Positions 39,090 to 47,883 of a stretch of 64,000 nucleotides of DNA are shown here, piece by piece. Every line of letters starts with the position of its first letter. Positions within the stretch are counted from its first letter, which is position 1. The DNA is taken from assembly GCA_937890745.1 (NCBI GenBank), contig CALADH010000013.1:5031-69030 (forward strand). The letters run 5' to 3'. The notes below the pieces were generated by a model, which was not told the DNA's origin, ran no database searches, and saw only the letters and a list, made by a program, of their open reading frames with translations. The stretch comes from an uncultured Clostridia bacterium. GTDB lineage: Bacteria > Bacillota > Clostridia > Lachnospirales > Lachnospiraceae. The position numbers and the translations under genes were made by a program.

Positions 39090-41507
39090 ATGATAAAAAC
39101 TAACTACAAAATCTCTGTCCGCCGCCTTGCGGAGTTTATTTTGCAGTCAGGCGATATTGACCGGACGGTCGGCGCTCTAAAAGACGCGGAGGCCATGCAG
39201 GAAGGACAAAAAATCCATAAGAAGCTGCAGAAGCTGGCAGGACCTGAGTACAGAGCCGAGGTGACACTAAAGACAGAATATGATGCCGGCGATGACATGG
39301 TGATTGTCCTTGAGGGGCGGGCTGACGGTATTATTGAGGAATACCGGCTCGGCGGTCTTGAGGACGGAGGTGAAGCCGGAATGCAGCTTTTCCATACGGT
39401 TGATGAAATCAAAGGTACTTATGCAGATGTAAGCCGACTTGAGGCGCCGCTGCCGGAACATATAGGGCAGGCGCTTTGCTATGCCTATATTTATGCACTT
39501 CAAAATCAGTTGGATGTGATGGAAGTTCAGGTAACTTATGTGAATATTGAAACAGAAAAGGTAAAGCAATTTAAGGAGACAAAAACCTTTGAGGAATTAA
39601 AGATTTGGTTTGAAGAACTTATGGCAGAATATGCCAAGTGGCTGAAGTGGCAGCGTCAGTGGCGGAAAAAGCGCAATGACAGTGCGGCAAGACTCTCGTT
39701 TCCGTTTGAGTACAGACCGGGGCAGAAGAAGATGGTTTCCGGCGTTTATCGGACAATTTTGCAGAAGAAACGGCTGTTTATGGAAGCGCCCACAGGAACA
39801 GGCAAGACGATATCCACAGTTTTTCCGTCGGTGAAAGCGATGGGCGAGGGGCAGGCAGAAAAGATTTTTTATCTGACGGCAAAGACAATCACCCGGACGG
39901 TTGCCGAGGAAGCTTATGATTTGCTGCGCAAAAACGGGCTTTTATTTAAGGCGGTAACGCTGACGGCAAAGGATAAGATCTGTATTTTTGATGAGGCAAA
40001 GTGTAATCCCGAAGACTGTCCGAGAGCGAAAGGGCATTTCGACAGAGTCAATGACGCGGTGTTTGATATGGTCACAAATGAGACGGCGCTGACAAAAGAT
40101 GTCATTGAAGTTTATGCTGAAAAATATAATGTTTGTCCTTTTGAAATGCAGCTTGATGCGGCGCTTTGGATGGACGGCATTATCTGTGATTATAATTATG
40201 TGTTTGATCCTCAGGTTTACTTAAAGCGATTTTTTGATAATGTGAAAGAAAACTATATTTTTCTCATTGATGAGGCGCATAATCTTGTGGACAGGGCGCG
40301 GGAAATGTACAGCGCACCTCTTTATCTGGCAGATTTTGAAGCGGTCAGGGCAGCAGTGATGCCTTATGAGCGCCGTCTTGCCGGAAAAATTGGCATATGC
40401 ATTAAGTGTATGAGAGAGCTTTATGACGAGTGTGAGGAATGTATGCAGCTTGAAAGCGCCGGAGGGCTGTCTGTATTTTTAATGCGGATGATTTCTGATA
40501 TAGAAAAGTTTTTAAAAAGCCGGGCTCCGGCACCTGTGAAAGTGAAAGAAAAGGTACTTGAGCTTTATCTTAATGCACGGTGGTTTGTCAATGTGTACGA
40601 TAATATGGACAGCCGTTATATTATCTACGACGAGCGGCAGGGCGAAAAAAAGTTTATGATAAAGCTTTTTTGTGTTGATCCGTCGGGAGATTTGGGGATG
40701 TGTCTTGAAAAGGGACGTTCGGCAGTCTTTTTTTCGGCGACGCTTTTGCCAATCCAATATTATAAGTCGCTTTTGAGTGTGACGCCGAAAGAGGATTATG
40801 ATTTGTATGCCGTATCGCCCTTTGATGTGAGCAACCGCATGATTTTGACGGCGGGGGATGTGAGCAGCAGATATACGCGGCGAAACAGAGAAGAATATGA
40901 GCGGATTGCCGAGTATATTTTAAAAACAGTACGCGGTAAAAACGGCAATTATATGGTTTTTTTTCCGTCTTACGCATTTATGGAGGCTGTCTATGAAGTG
41001 ATTGCAGAAAAGGAGCTTTCAAAGGCAGGCAACGGACTGACAATCATTGTGCAGGAGAGCGCCATGACTGAATCGGCAAGAGAAGCGTTTTTGGAAAATT
41101 TTAAATCTGACATTATGTCAACTGTTGTCGGCTTTTGCGTGCTCGGCGGTATATTTTCGGAGGGCATTGATTTAAAGGAGGACAGGCTTATTGGTGTCCT
41201 TGTTGTCGGTACAGGACTGCCGCAGACCGGCGGTGAGCGTGAGCTTTTAAAAAAATATTTTGATGAAAAAGAGGGCAGCGGTTTTGATTTTGCTTACCTT
41301 TATCCGGGAATGAATAAGGTTTTGCAGGCGGCGGGGCGCGTCATACGGACGGAAAAGGATAAGGGGATTATTGTACTTTTGGACGAGCGGTTTAATTACC
41401 GAATGTACAGCAGCCTTTTTCCGAGAGAATGGTTTCCTTATGAGCGGGCGTCCATCGGCAATATCGAAGAAAAAATAAATACGTTTTGGGAAAAAGCCGG
41501 AATATAG
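39090..41507 (+). CDS. DinG/XPD (Rad3)-family Fe-S DNA helicase fused to an N-terminal Cas4-like PD-(D/E)xK nuclease domain
   Basis: 805 aa. The N-terminal domain contains SVRRLAEFILQSGDID ... VDEIKG. Helicase motifs include Walker A APTGTGKT and the DEAH box LIDEAHNL. A four-Cys cluster (ICIF, KCNPEDCP, VCPFE) lies between helicase motifs I and II. The C-terminal region contains QAAGRVIRTEKDKG. Confidence 0.85.
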   Translation: MIKTNYKISVRRLAEFILQSGDIDRTVGALKDAEAMQEGQKIHKKLQKLAGPEYRAEVTLKTEYDAGDDMVIVLEGRADGIIEEYRLGGLEDGGEAGMQLFHTVDEIKGTYADVSRLEAPLPEHIGQALCYAYIYALQNQLDVMEVQVTYVNIETEKVKQFKETKTFEELKIWFEELMAEYAKWLKWQRQWRKKRNDSAARLSFPFEYRPGQKKMVSGVYRTILQKKRLFMEAPTGTGKTISTVFPSVKAMGEGQAEKIFYLTAKTITRTVAEEAYDLLRKNGLLFKAVTLTAKDKICIFDEAKCNPEDCPRAKGHFDRVNDAVFDMVTNETALTKDVIEVYAEKYNVCPFEMQLDAALWMDGIICDYNYVFDPQVYLKRFFDNVKENYIFLIDEAHNLVDRAREMYSAPLYLADFEAVRAAVMPYERRLAGKIGICIKCMRELYDECEECMQLESAGGLSVFLMRMISDIEKFLKSRAPAPVKVKEKVLELYLNARWFVNVYDNMDSRYIIYDERQGEKKFMIKLFCVDPSGDLGMCLEKGRSAVFFSATLLPIQYYKSLLSVTPKEDYDLYAVSPFDVSNRMILTAGDVSSRYTRRNREEYERIAEYILKTVRGKNGNYMVFFPSYAFMEAVYEVIAEKELSKAGNGLTIIVQESAMTESAREAFLENFKSDIMSTVVGFCVLGGIFSEGIDLKEDRLIGVLVVGTGLPQTGGERELLKKYFDEKEGSGFDFAYLYPGMNKVLQAAGRVIRTEKDKGIIVLLDERFNYRMYSSLFPREWFPYERASIGNIEEKINTFWEKAGI

Positions 41508-41666
41508 CAAAGGATTGTGTATTTTTTAACGTACACACGCATTTGGTATATTTTCCGGCTTTTATTTTAGTCTGAAATCTTTTATAATGAAATTAGTGTC
41601 AGTATATGTTGAATTTGCGCTGACATCAGACAAGGCGAACCTGTCTGAGGATGGGAGGTTTATGCG

Positions 41667-42536
41667 ATGAGGATAGGCTTTATCGGGCTTGGAATTATGG
41701 GTGAGCCGATGTGCTACAACGTCATTAAAAAGCACGATGACAAAGTATATGCTTTTGATATTGACGCAAAAAAAACGGCACTTTTGGCAGGCTATGGCGC
41801 CATTGCCTGTGGAAGCTCACTTGAGGCTGCGGCAAACAGTGATGTGATTATTACAGTTGTTCCGCGCTCAGAACATTCATTGTCTGTTTACCGGGAAATT
41901 GAGCCGGTGATGGACAGTACAAAAATCTGTATTGATATGAGTACCATTGATCCCGAAGCTTCTGAAGAAATTTTTCATATGCTGGAAAAACGGGGGACAC
42001 CGTTTTTGGATGCGCCGATTGTGAAGTCAAGAGATGCGGCAAGACTCGGCGATGTCGGTATTTATGTCGGCGGCGATTATGATGTTTATAAAAAAGTGAA
42101 GCCGATACTTCAGTATATGGGACGGAGTATTATGCATATGGGCGAGCATGGCAAGGGGCTTTTAATGAAGATTTGCCACAATGCGCTTATTGCACAGATA
42201 CAAAACGGCGTCAATGAGACGCTGGCGCTTGCACTTCGGGAGGGCATTGATATTGATAAATTCAGTGCGGCGATTTCCTATGGCGGCGGTCAGAATTATT
42301 ATTATGACTCAAAGCAGATGGCACTCAGATATAAAGATTATACGACACAATTTTCAGTTGCCAATATGGCAAAGGACTTAGAAATCTGTCATAATCTTGT
42401 GGCGCCAAAGCATTATCATATGCCGGGGCTTGAAGTTGCCCGAAATGTTTATGAAAAAGCACTGAATGCGGGCGATGGAGACAAGGATTTTTGTTCAACA
42501 TTGGAAATCGTGCTTCGTGAGCATGAAAAAAATTGA
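41667..42536 (+). CDS. NAD(P)-dependent oxidoreductase, 3-hydroxyisobutyrate / 6-phosphogluconate dehydrogenase-like family
   Basis: GGGAGG SD. The N-terminus is a Rossmann fold, MRIGFIGLGIMGEPM. The 289-aa length is typical of the beta-hydroxyacid dehydrogenase family. Confidence 0.8.
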   Translation: MRIGFIGLGIMGEPMCYNVIKKHDDKVYAFDIDAKKTALLAGYGAIACGSSLEAAANSDVIITVVPRSEHSLSVYREIEPVMDSTKICIDMSTIDPEASEEIFHMLEKRGTPFLDAPIVKSRDAARLGDVGIYVGGDYDVYKKVKPILQYMGRSIMHMGEHGKGLLMKICHNALIAQIQNGVNETLALALREGIDIDKFSAAISYGGGQNYYYDSKQMALRYKDYTTQFSVANMAKDLEICHNLVAPKHYHMPGLEVARNVYEKALNAGDGDKDFCSTLEIVLREHEKN

Positions 42537-42561
42537 ATTTAGTCGAAACTTATGTTAAAAT

Positions 42562-42579
42562 TTGTTAATGAAATAACAA
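42562..42579. promoter_or_regulatory. Rex-type operator candidate upstream of the hydrogenase cluster
   Basis: TTGTTAATGAAATAACAA differs from TTGTTAANNNNTTAACAA at one position. It lies 27 nt upstream of the ferredoxin-like gene. Confidence 0.45.
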
Positions 42580-42605
42580 AGTCAGCCGTAAAGGGAGGAT
42601 GAATT

Positions 42606-42845
42606 ATGGTAGTTACAATATGTATAGGAAGTTCATGTCATTTAAAAGGCTCAAGAGATATTATTGCAAGCTTTCAGAGATTAGTATCTCTGCACGGCAT
42701 CAGCGATAAAGTTGAGCTGACGGGCTCTTTTTGCATGGGCCATTGTGAAAAAGGCGTTTGTGTCAAAGTCAATGATGAATTATTTTCAGTGACGCCTGCA
42801 ACTGCTGAAGAATTTTTCAACAAGGAGATTCTCGGGAGGATTTAA
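42606..42845 (+). CDS. Small thioredoxin-like [2Fe-2S] ferredoxin-domain protein
   Basis: 79 aa with a GGGAGGA SD. The Cys pattern is ICIGSSCH ... FCMGHCEKGVC. Confidence 0.65.
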   Translation: MVVTICIGSSCHLKGSRDIIASFQRLVSLHGISDKVELTGSFCMGHCEKGVCVKVNDELFSVTPATAEEFFNKEILGRI

Positions 42846-42847
42846 TC

Positions 42848-44557
42848 GTGGCAAATATCGGCTTTAGAAAGGCAAAATGTAAGGATTGCCATAAGTGCGT
42901 CCGTCTGTGTCCTGTCAAAGCCATTCGCAGAAAAGACGAGCAGGCCCAATTTGTTGCCGCAGAATGTATTTTGTGCGGACAGTGTATTGAAGCATGTCCT
43001 CACCATGCGATTCAGGTGTTCAGCGACATAGATAAAGTGAAAAAATATATTGAGGACGGCGAAAAGGTTGTCGTATCTCTCTCGCCGGCTTACCTCGGCG
43101 CTTTTGACGAGAGTGAACCGGGACAGTTTATTGAGGCGCTTTATGAGATGGGCTTTTATGAAGTGCGGGAAACTGCAGAGGGTGCTGTCTATGTGACAAA
43201 TGAATATGACCGTATTTTAAAAGACGGGCATATGGACAACGTCATTACGACCGTCTGTCCGGTTGTCAATAATCTTGTAGAAAAGTATTATCCGGAGCTT
43301 GTGAGCCAGCTGGCGCCGGTTGTTTCGCCGATTGTTGCCCATGGTCGGATGCTGCGCCGGGAATTTGGAGACGATGTTAAAATTGTTTCAATTACACCGT
43401 GTCTTGCCGAGGCGCCGGAGGTGCTTAAGGATGAGCGGACGAAGGGCTGCATTGATGCGGTCATCAGCTTTAAGGAGCTGATGCGCTGGATGAAGGCGCA
43501 GAATGTTCAGGTAACAGATTGTGAGACATATCACCATACCCGGATTAATCCGATGGTCAACGGTGCTTATGCGACAGGCGACGGTGTGATCCGGGCGCTT
43601 CGTGCAAAGTCCGGTGAAAAAGACGGATATAAGCGTATTGTTGTCTTTGGTGTCGATGAATGTAAGGATATTTTGGAGTGTGTCCTAAGAGGCGAGCTGC
43701 ATCACTGTCTTCTTGAGCTGAATGCCTGCGTCTCCGGCTGTGTCAACGGTCCGGTTTCGGGTAAGAAGTCTGCACAGCGCTTTAAATCACAGATGCTTGT
43801 TCAGGAACGCATTATGCCGGAATTTCCGGATTATGAAGATATTGATATTGACCTGACAAAGCATTTTGTGGCACATTCAGAGGCGGAGGAGATGCCGTCA
43901 GATTCAGAGATTCGGGCAATGCTTGCCAAAATTGGCAAGGAAACGCCGGATAAGGAGTTAAACTGCGGCGCCTGTGGGTTTAATACATGCCGGGAAAAAG
44001 CAATCGCAGCCATTCGTGGGAGAAGCGATATTTATATGTGTGTCAACTATATGTATGACCGCTTAAGTTCATTGACAGATGTGATTATGTCTGTAACACC
44101 GGAGATGATTATTATTGTTGATGGTGACCTGCGAATCAGAGAATTTAATAATGCAGCCGAGGTCGCCTTTAATATATCGCGGGACGAGGCTGTAAAGAAG
44201 TATTTGTATGAAATTATTGATGCGGAGGATTTTCAGGAAGTATTTCAGAATAAGAGAAGCATCATGAACAAAAAGGTTGTCTATAAGTCCTATGGTTTAA
44301 CGACAGTTCAGAATATTTTTTATTTGAGAAGCCAAAAGGTTGCCATCGGATTTTTCAGAAATACGACAGCTGAGGAAAAGGAAAAAGAAAATCGAAGGAA
44401 GCTTAAGATTGAGGGCGTCAACATTGCCCAGGAGATTATTGACAAGCAGATGATGGTTGCCCAGGAGATTGCCGGACTTTTAGGCGAGACGACTGCGGAG
44501 ACGAAGATGACGCTGATGAAGCTGCGTGACAGTATGCTGTCAGACGCGGATTTATAG
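42848..44557 (+). CDS. Sensory-type [FeFe]-hydrogenase homolog (HydS-like) with a C-terminal PAS domain
   Basis: Two N-terminal 4Fe-4S ferredoxin motifs are present (CKDCHKCVRLCP, CILCGQCIEACP). The H-domain motifs are altered: TTVCP instead of TSCCP, PCLAEAPE instead of PCxxKxxE, and ELNACVSGCVNGP. An extra CGACGFNTC cluster is followed by a PAS-like segment. Confidence 0.8.
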   Translation: MANIGFRKAKCKDCHKCVRLCPVKAIRRKDEQAQFVAAECILCGQCIEACPHHAIQVFSDIDKVKKYIEDGEKVVVSLSPAYLGAFDESEPGQFIEALYEMGFYEVRETAEGAVYVTNEYDRILKDGHMDNVITTVCPVVNNLVEKYYPELVSQLAPVVSPIVAHGRMLRREFGDDVKIVSITPCLAEAPEVLKDERTKGCIDAVISFKELMRWMKAQNVQVTDCETYHHTRINPMVNGAYATGDGVIRALRAKSGEKDGYKRIVVFGVDECKDILECVLRGELHHCLLELNACVSGCVNGPVSGKKSAQRFKSQMLVQERIMPEFPDYEDIDIDLTKHFVAHSEAEEMPSDSEIRAMLAKIGKETPDKELNCGACGFNTCREKAIAAIRGRSDIYMCVNYMYDRLSSLTDVIMSVTPEMIIIVDGDLRIREFNNAAEVAFNISRDEAVKKYLYEIIDAEDFQEVFQNKRSIMNKKVVYKSYGLTTVQNIFYLRSQKVAIGFFRNTTAEEKEKENRRKLKIEGVNIAQEIIDKQMMVAQEIAGLLGETTAETKMTLMKLRDSMLSDADL

Positions 44558-44572
44558 ACCGGGGAGGCTGTA

Positions 44573-45745
44573 ATGAATATCAGTTTGGAAGTATCTTATA
44601 AAAGTCTTTGTAAGCACGGCGAGGAGCTGTGCGGCGATAAGCTTGAGCATATCAAAACCGGGGATTCGGATATTATTATTTTGTCCGACGGTATGGGAAG
44701 CGGCGTGAAGGCAAATATTTTAGCGACGCTGACTTCAAAAATTCTCGGAACGATGTTAAGGCAGGGCGCAAAACTGGAGGACTGTGTTGATACGATTGCC
44801 AAAACACTTCCGGTGTGCAGTGTCAGAAAGGTTGCTTACTCAACCTTTTCTATCCTTCAGATTTTTAACAGCGGGCGGGCATATCTTGTAGAATATGATA
44901 ATCCGGGCTGTGTTTTTATAAGAAATAAAAAGATGATTAATATTCCTTATACAGTCAAGAAAATTGAAGATAAGACGATAAGGGAATTTAGATTTGACGT
45001 TGCGCTGGGAGATTGTTTTGTTCTTTTCAGCGACGGTGTTGTCCATGCCGGCGTCGGCAATATGCTGACCTTTGGCTGGGGACGGCAAGGTGCGGCGGAG
45101 TATATAAGGCGTGCATGTCAGGAGGAGATGTCGGCGCCGAGACTTGTGTCGATGCTCTGCCGGACATGCGGTGATTTATATATGGGTTCGCCGGGGGATG
45201 ATACGACCATATGTGCGGCGCGCATTGTAAAACGTAAAAATGTCAATATTTTTACAGGACCGCCCACCTCCTATGATGATGATGCGGTGCTGATGAGAGA
45301 TTTTATGACGACGCCGGGAGAGAAGATTGTCTGCGGCGGAACAAGCGCCAATATTGCCGCACGAATATTGAATAAGAAAATAGTCGCTTCAATTAATTAT
45401 ACCGATCCGGAAATTCCGCCGACGGCTTCCCTTGAGGGGATTGACCTTGTGACGGAGGGTGTGTTTACGCTGAACCGGTGCGCGGATATGCTGGAGCGCT
45501 ACAACAGAGGCGATATGTCTGAAAAGTTTTTTGACAGCTTAGACGCAGATAACGGTGCGGCTCAGCTTGCTAAAATACTTGTGGAGGACTGTACCCACTT
45601 AAATATGTTTGTGGGCCGCGCTATGAATGCGGCGCATCAAAATGTGGGGCTGCCGTTTGATTTAAGTGTCCGCATGAGACTTGTGGATAAGATTAAAACA
45701 GAGTGTGAGAAGATGGGGAAAGCTGTAACGGTAAAGTATTATTGA
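44573..45745 (+). CDS. PP2C / SpoIIE-family serine phosphatase with an extra C-terminal domain
   Basis: It contains CGDKLEH...IIILSDGMGSGVKANILA ... FSDGVVHAG ... GDDTTI, the typical metal-binding Asp motifs of SpoIIE/PP2C phosphatases. Confidence 0.8.
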   Translation: MNISLEVSYKSLCKHGEELCGDKLEHIKTGDSDIIILSDGMGSGVKANILATLTSKILGTMLRQGAKLEDCVDTIAKTLPVCSVRKVAYSTFSILQIFNSGRAYLVEYDNPGCVFIRNKKMINIPYTVKKIEDKTIREFRFDVALGDCFVLFSDGVVHAGVGNMLTFGWGRQGAAEYIRRACQEEMSAPRLVSMLCRTCGDLYMGSPGDDTTICAARIVKRKNVNIFTGPPTSYDDDAVLMRDFMTTPGEKIVCGGTSANIAARILNKKIVASINYTDPEIPPTASLEGIDLVTEGVFTLNRCADMLERYNRGDMSEKFFDSLDADNGAAQLAKILVEDCTHLNMFVGRAMNAAHQNVGLPFDLSVRMRLVDKIKTECEKMGKAVTVKYY

Positions 45746-45759
45746 AAGGAATAGTGAAT

Positions 45760-47217
45760 ATGAAAAGAAGTTTTGTAACCGATATCAATAAGATTAGATA
45801 CGAGGTCAATGTGGAAGTGGCAAAGGCTGCTTTTGCAAATCAGTTAGATGAAAAAAGAGACGAAATCCCTTACGCAATTATTCCGGGAAATACACCTTCC
45901 TACCGCTGCTGTGTTTATCGTGAGAGGGAGATTATCCGTCAGAGAGTGCGTCTTGCAGAGGGCCACAGTGCTGTTGCCGGCGTAGAAAATAAAAATATTG
46001 TCCAGGTGCTTCCGGCTGCCTGTGAGGGCTGTCCGATTAACCGTTTTTCAGTGACAAATAACTGTCAGATGTGTATGGCTAAAAAGTGTATGGGCGCATG
46101 TAACTTCGGCGCAATTACATTTGAGCAGGGCCGTGCCCATATCGATCCTAAGAAATGTAAGGAGTGCGGTAAGTGTGCCGAAGCCTGTCCATACAATGCA
46201 ATCGCTGACTTAATGCGTCCATGTAAGAGAAGTTGTCCGGTTGATGCGATTTCTCTTGATGACGATATGATCGTTGTTATTGATGAAGAAAAGTGTATCA
46301 ACTGCGGCCAGTGCGTCATTAACTGTCCTTTCGGTGCGATTTCTGATAAATCATTTATGGTGGACGTGATTAAGCTGATTAATCAGGGTAAGAAGGTTTA
46401 TGCGATGGTTGCGCCTGCAATCGAAGGTCAGTTTGGCGCTGATGTCAGTGTCGGCATGATTCGTCAGGCTGTAAAAGCACTGGGCTTTGAAGATATGTAT
46501 GAAGTATCTTTAGGTGCTGACTTTGTTTCGAAGAATGAGGCTGAGGAGCTTGCGGAGAAGCTTGAGGAAGGCAAGAAGATGACAACATCATGCTGTCCTG
46601 CTTTTGTAAATATGATCAAGAAACATTTCCCACAGGTTCTTGAAAATATGTCAACAACTGTATCTCCGATGACAGCGACAGGCCGTATTATTAAGGCAAT
46701 GGATTCTGAGGCAGTATGCGTATTTATCGGACCATGTATTGCAAAGAAGGGCGAAGTTATTGATTCTATTACATATGGCGGTGCAGATTACGCAATGACA
46801 TATGAGGAGCTTGCAAGTATGTTTGAAGCAAAAGACATTGATCCGGCTGATTTTGAAGAAGAACTTCAGCAGGGAAGTAAGTATGGAAAGAACTTCTCCG
46901 TATCCGGCGGTGTGACAGCATCTGTGATTGAAGTGTTTAAAGAAAAGAATCATGATGTTGATGTGAAGGTTGCAAAATGTAACGGCGCCGCAGAATGTAA
47001 GAAAGCGCTGATGATGCTGAAACTCGGCCGTCTTCCTGAGGACTTTGTGGAAGGTATGGCATGTGTCGGCGGCTGTGTCAACGGACCAATGATGATTAAC
47101 AAAGAAAGAACATTTATGAAGGACAGAAATGCCCAGATTAACAAGGCAGATGACAGAGGTATTCTTGAAAATGTCGCTCAGTATGACGAGCTTGGCATTA
47201 AAATGACAAGAGGATGA
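45760..47217 (+). CDS. [FeFe]-hydrogenase catalytic subunit with an N-terminal multi-[4Fe-4S] domain
   Basis: The ATG at 45760 follows AAAGGA. The H-cluster motifs are intact: TTSCCPAFV, GPCIAKKGE and EGMACVGGCVNGP. Several CxxCxxCxxxCP ferredoxin motifs lie upstream. Confidence 0.85.
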   Translation: MKRSFVTDINKIRYEVNVEVAKAAFANQLDEKRDEIPYAIIPGNTPSYRCCVYREREIIRQRVRLAEGHSAVAGVENKNIVQVLPAACEGCPINRFSVTNNCQMCMAKKCMGACNFGAITFEQGRAHIDPKKCKECGKCAEACPYNAIADLMRPCKRSCPVDAISLDDDMIVVIDEEKCINCGQCVINCPFGAISDKSFMVDVIKLINQGKKVYAMVAPAIEGQFGADVSVGMIRQAVKALGFEDMYEVSLGADFVSKNEAEELAEKLEEGKKMTTSCCPAFVNMIKKHFPQVLENMSTTVSPMTATGRIIKAMDSEAVCVFIGPCIAKKGEVIDSITYGGADYAMTYEELASMFEAKDIDPADFEEELQQGSKYGKNFSVSGGVTASVIEVFKEKNHDVDVKVAKCNGAAECKKALMMLKLGRLPEDFVEGMACVGGCVNGPMMINKERTFMKDRNAQINKADDRGILENVAQYDELGIKMTRG

Positions 47218-47288
47218 TTGAGTGTATTGCGCGCGCACAGTATGTGAAATCGTCTGTTTGAAGTCTTACATATTGAAGTCGTACATAA

Positions 47289-47316
47289 GGCGTCGGTGTA
47301 AACCGGCGTCTTTTTA
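47289..47316 (+). terminator. Terminator after the hydrogenase gene
   Basis: GGCGTCGG pairs with CCGGCGTC (one G-U pair) around the loop TGTAAA. TTTTT follows at 47311-47315. Confidence 0.6.
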
Positions 47317-47438
47317 TGACATAGGAAATTGTCCGCTTTGTTTTTAGAAAGCAATATTTTCTATTGACAAATGCTATTTTTTATTTTATTATAATGATAA
47401 CAATTACTAATATTGATTATACAGCAAGGAGGCGGCCT

Positions 47439-47840
47439 ATGAAAACTGTAAAGTACAGCAGGCAGAGAGAGTCCGTGAAGAACTATCTGATGTCGCGCAA
47501 AGACCACCCGACTGCGGATATGGTTTATGAGGCGGTAAGACAGGAGTACCCGAATATCAGCCTTGGCACGGTGTATCGAAACCTTAATTTTTTAGTCGAG
47601 CACGGTGAAATCATTAAGATACGATGTGATGAAAATTGCGACCGATTCGATGCAAATACGCATAAACACTACCATTTTATATGCAGAAACTGTGGTTGTG
47701 TCAGTGATTTGCGGATGCTTCCGGTGGATCACATCGACGTCATTGCGGGAGAGCACTTTGGCGGAACCATTGAAGGGCATCATGCGTTTTTCTATGGCAT
47801 CTGTGAAAAATGTAAATCAGAAGAAACTGAAAAAAATTAA
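47439..47840 (+). CDS. Fur-family metalloregulator, PerR-like
   Basis: The ORF track starts at 47364. The ATG at 47439 follows AGGAGG. It has a winged-helix region (HPTADMVYEAVRQEYPNISLGTVYRNLNFLVEHG) and two CxxC pairs (CRNCG, CEKCK). It lies next to a rubrerythrin gene. Confidence 0.8.
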   Translation: MKTVKYSRQRESVKNYLMSRKDHPTADMVYEAVRQEYPNISLGTVYRNLNFLVEHGEIIKIRCDENCDRFDANTHKHYHFICRNCGCVSDLRMLPVDHIDVIAGEHFGGTIEGHHAFFYGICEKCKSEETEKN

Positions 47841-47848
47841 AAAAACTG

Positions 47849-47877
47849 TTGACAAAACAAAGAACATCATGTATGAT
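47849..47877 (+). promoter_or_regulatory. Sigma-A type promoter for the rubrerythrin gene
   Basis: TTGACA (47849-47854), a 17-nt spacer and TATGAT (47872-47877). Confidence 0.6.
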
Positions 47878-47883
47878 AAGCAT

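Noticed and set aside
37071-39098. A-rich short matches (AAAAAATAA) near both ends of the AT-rich island, considered as possible att or target-site duplications
   Set aside because: The matches are 9-10 nt of low-complexity sequence in AT-rich DNA, which is not distinguishable from chance.
46651-47238. 195-aa Cys/His-rich minus-strand ORF
   Set aside because: It lies antisense to the [FeFe]-hydrogenase gene. Its Cys/His richness is the mirror image of the Fe-S codon content, and it has no SD.
47364-47425. A promoter and Fur-box upstream of the PerR-like gene
   Set aside because: TTGACA (47364-47369) and TATAAT (47390-47395) are 20 nt apart. The nearby AT-rich dyad (TAATGATAACAATTA) is only about 10 of 15 symmetric. 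This is too weak to list as a feature.
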